From the NCBI GenBank assembly GCA_044451485.1, contig JBIOKD010000003.1:1-38841 (forward strand): a DNA stretch of 38,841 nt, in the 5' to 3' direction. The translations under genes were made by a program, and so were the position numbers. Each line of letters starts with the position of its first letter. Positions within the stretch are counted from its first letter, which is position 1. Under the pieces are notes generated by a model, which searched no databases, was not told the DNA's origin, and worked only from the letters and a program-made list of their open reading frames with translations. The DNA is from Candidatus Eiseniibacteriota bacterium. GTDB lineage: Bacteria > Eisenbacteria > RBG-16-71-46. Shown here one piece after another: positions 34,212 to 38,841 of this stretch.

Positions 34212-36413
34212 TCAGCGCTTCGCGACCGTCACCGCGACCGACCGCACCGCGGTGTTGCCGGCCATGTCCACCGCCCGCACCGCGACCGAGTGCGGCCCCG
34301 CGGTCACGTCCGGGATCCGCGCGCTGAACTCGAGACGCGCCTGGTCGGCGAGCCCTCCCGCCGGCGAGATCAGACGCCAGTCCCCGTCGTCGAGCGCCAC
34401 TTCCAGTCGGGTGACCAGCGTCTGCGCGTCCTCCGCGCTCCCGCTGACCATCACCGCGCCGGGTTCGGGACGGGCCTCGAACCGGCTCACCGTCGGCGGC
34501 GTGTTGTCGATCCCGAACGGCTCCGACACCGCCACCCCGCTGAGCCCTTCACCGAGACCGTTGCCACCCGCGTCGCTCGCCGTCACCCGCACCCGGTAGC
34601 GTCCGTCGGGAAGCGCGTTGGTGTCCCAGGTGAACGAGGACGCGTCGAGGTCCTTGCCGATCTCCGTCCATCCCTCGCCCCCCTCGCGTCGCAGCTCGAC
34701 GGTGTACGTCAGTGGATCGCCGTTGGGATCGCTCCCCTTCCATTGCAGGGTGCGGAGCCCTCGCGCCACCGCCGGCAGCGCGCGCAGGGTCTTGGCGGTG
34801 GTGGCCGAGTACGAGTACTCGACCCGGGTGCCGCTCGGCAGGGTCTGGGTCACCGGTTCGCTGCGCGGTGTCAGCTCGCCCTCCCGAAAGCCGATGCCTT
34901 GTGGAGCCACGGTGAGCTCGTCCACGCGCGGTGGCAGGTTCTGCTCGCGCCACCCGATCTCGACCGACTCCACCCGTGGGTCGCCACCGGCCAGTGTCGC
35001 GCGCCATTGCAGATAGCGGGCCGGCGCCGAGACCGCGTGCTCGTCACGGGCTTCCGCCCACGCCGACCAGGTGGTGTCGGGCGGGTCGACGTTGCCGGTG
35101 CGGGTGGCCAGGGTCACGCGTCCGCCACCGGCGCTGCCATGCCACGCGACGCGTCCGTAGCGGGCGATGCGCCGGGCGTCCAGCACGCTCGAGAGCAGCT
35201 CGCCACGCTCGGCGCGTCCCGGGCCGAGACGCCACAGCGAACCGGGATTCGAGGTCGCCGCGAACAGGCGGCCGTCGCGTCCCATCGCCATGGCCGTGAC
35301 CTGTCCCTGGGGCATGGCCAGCCACAGCGCCCCGGAGTTCGGCGGTCCGAGCACGTACACACCGGCGCGATTGCCGGTTCCGATGGCGATTCCCGGGCCA
35401 CCCTCGGGCGTCTGGGCGGCGAGCGAGCCGGTCACCGTCGCGAGCGCGAACACCAGCGACTGCGGCGAGCTCCACACCGCGGCCGCCGAGCTGTCGGGCA
35501 CGATCCGATAGAGCGTCGCGCGACCGCCGCCGCCACCGCCGCTCGGCGGCGCCGCGGGGCGCGCCTCCGGATGCGGGCTGTTGTCGTCGTCGTCGCCACC
35601 GGCCGGCGACGGCCCGGCACCATCGAGGGTGATCGCCGGGCTTCCGAGCCCTGCCGCGTACAGCGTCCCGTCGGCGGCGAGCGCGAGCGCGCGGATCTCC
35701 TCTTCGCTCGCGTCGAACACCGTGCCGACCCGGCCGTCGGCGCTCACCCGCAGCACCCGCCCCTTCGAGTCGCCGCCCGCGAACGCCCCGCCGTGGCCGT
35801 CGGCCACCACCGACACCAGGTTGCTCTCGTCGGTGTCGAGGACGATGGTTGCCTTTCCGTTCGTGACCCGCATCAGACGACCGCGTGTGCCGGTGGCGGC
35901 GTACCAGGCACCGCGACCCGCGGGCGCCAGCCCCCACACATAGCGCTCGCCGGTACGCGCGACCAGCGTGGTGTCGCCATGGGAGCCGATCCGGTAGACG
36001 AGCCCGGGAGGACCGGTGCCCGCCACCAGCTGGTCACCGTCCACCGCCAGACACAACACCTGGCCGACCGGAAGCCGCACCCACGGCCGGACGCCGCCCG
36101 ATTCGGTCCATCGATCGACGCGTCCGCGGTCCCCGGCGATCGCCACCGAGCCGTCGGGAAGTGGCGCGATCGCCCAGATCACCGCCAGACTCTCGGCGGC
36201 GCTGGATTCGGCGCGTGGCCCCAGACGGAGCGAGCCGTCCGGTCGCACCACCACGCCGCGTGATTCCGCGCGCGCATGATCCGCCGGCTGGTCGGCGATC
36301 CACATCTGGGTCTCCGACGCGCGCGCGGCGGCGCTCCACGACGCCATCGCCAGCACGAGCGCCATCGACAGCATGCCACGGGTGCGTCCCACGCCACCTC
36401 CTCGGGCCCTCAT
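34212..36413 (-). CDS. Secreted beta-propeller protein with C-terminal fibronectin-III/Ig-like domains
   Basis: Signal peptide (AARA), repeated blades (DG...A.G..G..YR), TRTGN...PD.TWSAW, W..SDPNGDPLTY, LPDGRYRVRVTASD, IDNTPP, RAVD.AGN. ATG overlaps the S55 gene stop. Confidence 0.8.
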   Translation of the reverse strand: MRARGGGVGRTRGMLSMALVLAMASWSAAARASETQMWIADQPADHARAESRGVVVRPDGSLRLGPRAESSAAESLAVIWAIAPLPDGSVAIAGDRGRVDRWTESGGVRPWVRLPVGQVLCLAVDGDQLVAGTGPPGLVYRIGSHGDTTLVARTGERYVWGLAPAGRGAWYAATGTRGRLMRVTNGKATIVLDTDESNLVSVVADGHGGAFAGGDSKGRVLRVSADGRVGTVFDASEEEIRALALAADGTLYAAGLGSPAITLDGAGPSPAGGDDDDNSPHPEARPAAPPSGGGGGGRATLYRIVPDSSAAAVWSSPQSLVFALATVTGSLAAQTPEGGPGIAIGTGNRAGVYVLGPPNSGALWLAMPQGQVTAMAMGRDGRLFAATSNPGSLWRLGPGRAERGELLSSVLDARRIARYGRVAWHGSAGGGRVTLATRTGNVDPPDTTWSAWAEARDEHAVSAPARYLQWRATLAGGDPRVESVEIGWREQNLPPRVDELTVAPQGIGFREGELTPRSEPVTQTLPSGTRVEYSYSATTAKTLRALPAVARGLRTLQWKGSDPNGDPLTYTVELRREGGEGWTEIGKDLDASSFTWDTNALPDGRYRVRVTASDAGGNGLGEGLSGVAVSEPFGIDNTPPTVSRFEARPEPGAVMVSGSAEDAQTLVTRLEVALDDGDWRLISPAGGLADQARLEFSARIPDVTAGPHSVAVRAVDMAGNTAVRSVAVTVAKR

Positions 36414-38287
36414 GGGGCCTGGTCGTCCACGATCACCTCGAGCTGCAATTCCCCGCGCAGGACCGCGTCCAACGGCATCGCCGTCTCGGCGAGCAGCGCG
36501 CGGTCTCCGCGTCGGGCGTCGTCGCCGGCGAGCTGGGGTCCGGCGAGCAGCGCGTACGCCGAGTTCGGCAGCTCCGGGTAGTCCGCGCCGCCACGCGTCA
36601 CCTCGGGAGCCCGTGCCACCATCATGCCGTACAGCTGATCGCCGCGATGCATCGACGCCAGACGCCGCCAGGCGTCGTCGAGCGACACCGGCCGGAAGCG
36701 GCCCGGCAGACGCGCCGCCACGAAGCGGTCCAGCTCGGCACCGCCCCCCACCCACATTGTGTAGCGGCCCTCGGGAAGCTCCTCGGGGACCGGCACCGTG
36801 AGCTCGATCCGCCGCCGGTCCCCACGCCAGCGCTCGAGGTCACAGCGGACATGTGCGAGGCCACCCGGACGCACCGCGGCCTCGCGCAGCGTCGCGACCC
36901 GCAGCGTCCACTGGTCCCGGCCGGGTCGCGTCTCGACCGCCAGCGAAAGGCTGTCGAGCTTGAGACGCGAGTACGGATTGTTGGCCAGGAAGCGCAACGG
37001 CGCCATCACCGCCCCGGGCAGCTCGCCCACCGGGCTATCACCGGCCAGCCGGTCGCCGAGTGTGAGCGGCGGGCTCCCGGCACGGTACAACGTGAGACGC
37101 CAGGACAGCGTCTGATCGCCGCTCGCGCCACCGGATTCGAGCACGCAGTTCAGCGCCGCGATCGCCACCATCTGTGGCATGAGCTGGCGGTCCTCGATGC
37201 TCTCGAAGCGGAACCGCTGCTGCGCCGGCCCGGCCCCGGTCACGGTGACACCGAACGGAAGCAGGGATGGGCTGGCGCCGAGACGCCCCCCGACGCCGGC
37301 GCGGCGGTCCTCGGTGACGGTGCCGACCGGCCGGCCGGAGATCCCGAGCTTGAAGGGGTTGGCGATGCTCGGGACGATGGTGGTGATGGTCGCGGTCGAG
37401 AGCGGGAGACGCACGTCCCCGGCCTGGAAGAACGGATGGCCGAAGAGGAGCACCCGATCGCCGTCGCGATAGGTCACGGTTCCGATCGCCGACGCATCCA
37501 GATCGCCACGCAGCACGTCCACCGCGCACGCCGAGCCCGGGATCAGCGTGTCGTCACCACCCGACGTGTGACCGCGCCCGCCCGGGGTGACACGGAATCC
37601 GAGCGGCTCGAACAGAGCCCGCGCCTCGGCGGTGGCGGCCGGCGACAGCCCCCCGAACGCCAACGGCAGCGCCAGCGGCACCTCACCCACCGGCGGCCCC
37701 GAAACGGGCGGGGTCGCGAACGCGTCGTCGTCGCTCCAGCGGAACGGGCCACAGCTCAGATCGCGGGTCCGCTCCCCCGGTCCGATGCCGCTCGGGCCGC
37801 CACTCGCGCCGTCTCCGGATGGCGGGGTGTGGTCGAGCACCGCGAGCATCTCGCCGATCGGCGTGATCACGAACAGCGGCTCGCTGACGAACGACCAGCC
37901 TCCGGACAGGGCCCCCACCAGCTTGCCGTCGACGTACACCGGCGAGCCGCTCATTCCGGCCGCCACGCCGAGACGGATCACCCGCGGATCCGTCGCGCGG
38001 GCGATGATCTCGTCGCCCTCGGCGCGTCCGCCGTGGAGCACCCCCACGATCTCGGCGGTGAAGGTGTCGACCCGCTGCCCCTCGAACACGGTGCGCACCT
38101 CGGCCCGCATCCCGGCGTGCAGGGCGTCCGGGCCCAGCACCGGGACGGCGGCCGTCACCGCGGCGGCCACGGCCGGCGCGACGAGCAGCGCCACCAGCGC
38201 GAGCATCGACACGACGGGGGGCACGATCCGGGACGGGTGTGGGTGCGACACCGGGCGTGCCGGTGGTCGGAGCGTGTGGGCGGTCAC
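36410..38287 (-). CDS. Secreted SpoIVB-like peptidase S55 domain protein
   Basis: Signal peptide, GVAAGMSGSPVYVDGKLVGAL, TPIGEML, IGTVTY...FGHPF. The ORF-track ATG at 38299 lies in a likely -10 box, so the start is placed at GTG 38287 or later. Confidence 0.85.
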   Translation of the reverse strand: MTAHTLRPPARPVSHPHPSRIVPPVVSMLALVALLVAPAVAAAVTAAVPVLGPDALHAGMRAEVRTVFEGQRVDTFTAEIVGVLHGGRAEGDEIIARATDPRVIRLGVAAGMSGSPVYVDGKLVGALSGGWSFVSEPLFVITPIGEMLAVLDHTPPSGDGASGGPSGIGPGERTRDLSCGPFRWSDDDAFATPPVSGPPVGEVPLALPLAFGGLSPAATAEARALFEPLGFRVTPGGRGHTSGGDDTLIPGSACAVDVLRGDLDASAIGTVTYRDGDRVLLFGHPFFQAGDVRLPLSTATITTIVPSIANPFKLGISGRPVGTVTEDRRAGVGGRLGASPSLLPFGVTVTGAGPAQQRFRFESIEDRQLMPQMVAIAALNCVLESGGASGDQTLSWRLTLYRAGSPPLTLGDRLAGDSPVGELPGAVMAPLRFLANNPYSRLKLDSLSLAVETRPGRDQWTLRVATLREAAVRPGGLAHVRCDLERWRGDRRRIELTVPVPEELPEGRYTMWVGGGAELDRFVAARLPGRFRPVSLDDAWRRLASMHRGDQLYGMMVARAPEVTRGGADYPELPNSAYALLAGPQLAGDDARRGDRALLAETAMPLDAVLRGELQLEVIVDDQAP

Positions 38288-38295
38288 GGCGGCGC

Positions 38296-38324
38296 ACATT
38301 ATCAGCGTCCGCGTGTGGCGGCAA
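38296..38324 (-). promoter_or_regulatory. Putative sigma70 promoter of the S55 cluster
   Basis: TTGCCG-17 bp-TAATGT. Confidence 0.5.
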
Positions 38325-38381
38325 CGCTCATCGGGCGCGTGGCGACGACTCTGACGCGGTCTTGACCACGGCGTGCGTCGC

Positions 38382-38410
38382 TTGAACCGCTCCGCACGAC
38401 CCCGTAGAGT
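38382..38410 (+). promoter_or_regulatory. Putative sigma70 promoter of the methyltransferase gene
   Basis: TTGAAC-17 bp-TAGAGT, 9 nt before ATG 38420. Confidence 0.5.
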
Positions 38411-38419
38411 CGCGAGCCC

Positions 38420-38841
38420 ATGCCCTCGCCCTTCCTGGAGCGTCTGTCACGCGGTCCGCTGGTCGCCGACGGCGCCATGGGCACCCAGCTCTACGGACGC
38501 GGCGTGAGCTTCGAGCACTGCTTCGACGAGCTCAACCTGTCCCGTCCGACTCTGGTCGAGGCGGTGCATCGCGACTATCTCGTGGCCGGCGCCGAGCTGA
38601 TCGAGACCAACACCTTCGGCGCGAACGCGGTGCGTCTGGCCACCCACGGTCTTGGCGACCAGGTGCGGCTGATCGCGCGTCAGGGGGCGCGGGTGGCGCG
38701 CGCGGCACGCGAGATCGTGGGCCGCGACGCCTTCGTGGCCGGCTCGATCGGACCGCTGGGGAAGCCGCTGCAGCCGTTCGGCCACATCCTGGTGCCGGAC
38801 GCCGAGGGCTACTTCCGCACCACCGCCGAGGGCCTGCTCGA
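38420..38841 (+). CDS. yitJ: Homocysteine S-methyltransferase domain protein, probably the bifunctional Hmt/methylenetetrahydrofolate reductase (3' truncated)
   Basis: MPSPFLERL...VADGAMGTQLY.RG...CFDELNL..P..V..VH.DY..AGAELIETNTFGAN...FVAGSIGPLG. The MTHFR half is outside the window, so bifunctionality and the symbol are inferred. Confidence 0.85.
   Translation, partial: MPSPFLERLSRGPLVADGAMGTQLYGRGVSFEHCFDELNLSRPTLVEAVHRDYLVAGAELIETNTFGANAVRLATHGLGDQVRLIARQGARVARAAREIVGRDAFVAGSIGPLGKPLQPFGHILVPDAEGYFRTTAEGLL

Noticed and set aside
32553-36263. 1236-aa plus-strand ORF, and similar long ORFs (318-2999, 4461-6701, 6940-9009, 10092-11999, 21002-22666, 35885-38365)
   Set aside because: They are antisense or off-frame shadows of well-supported genes, Arg/Gly/Pro-rich and without motifs; expected at this GC content.
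38300-38419. Possible SAM or cobalamin riboswitch upstream of the homocysteine methyltransferase
   Set aside because: The ~120-bp gap is occupied by two divergent promoter-like elements and the putative -10 lies 9 nt from the ATG; no aptamer motif was recognised.

Overview
GC-rich bacterial chromosomal window in two parts. The left ~9 kb is an accessory redox locus. It starts with the 3' end of an IS5-family transposase. Two divergently transcribed multiheme-cytochrome-c/cytochrome-b fusions follow (13 and 19 CxxCH motifs, CbcL-like architecture); their intergenic region holds two sigma54-like promoters placed exactly symmetrically around a central dyad. Next come a Cyc2-like monoheme cytochrome-porin and a soluble PAS-PAS hybrid kinase with FixL/EcDOS-type His positions. 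This is the best candidate for an undescribed system: a regulated outer-membrane-to-quinone electron conduit. The rest is mostly housekeeping or envelope genes: M15 peptidase + L,D-transpeptidase, DUF4397 lipoprotein, EamA, apt, RpoS-like sigma, acyP, pcm, surE, GT2, VOC, MerR, gpsA, plsY, der, miaA, mutL, a degenerate-GGDEF protein, a large PpiD/SurA-like protein, pgeF, a cyclophilin, an S55-protease/beta-propeller/M28/DUF296 cluster, a partial homocysteine methyltransferase, and three tRNAs (Pro-CGG, Pro-GGG, Gly-CCC). A ~30-bp REP/MITE-like repeat occurs seven times in intergenic gaps, three times starting on a gene's TAG stop. All calls come from reading motifs by eye; no database searches were run, and several start codons are best estimates.
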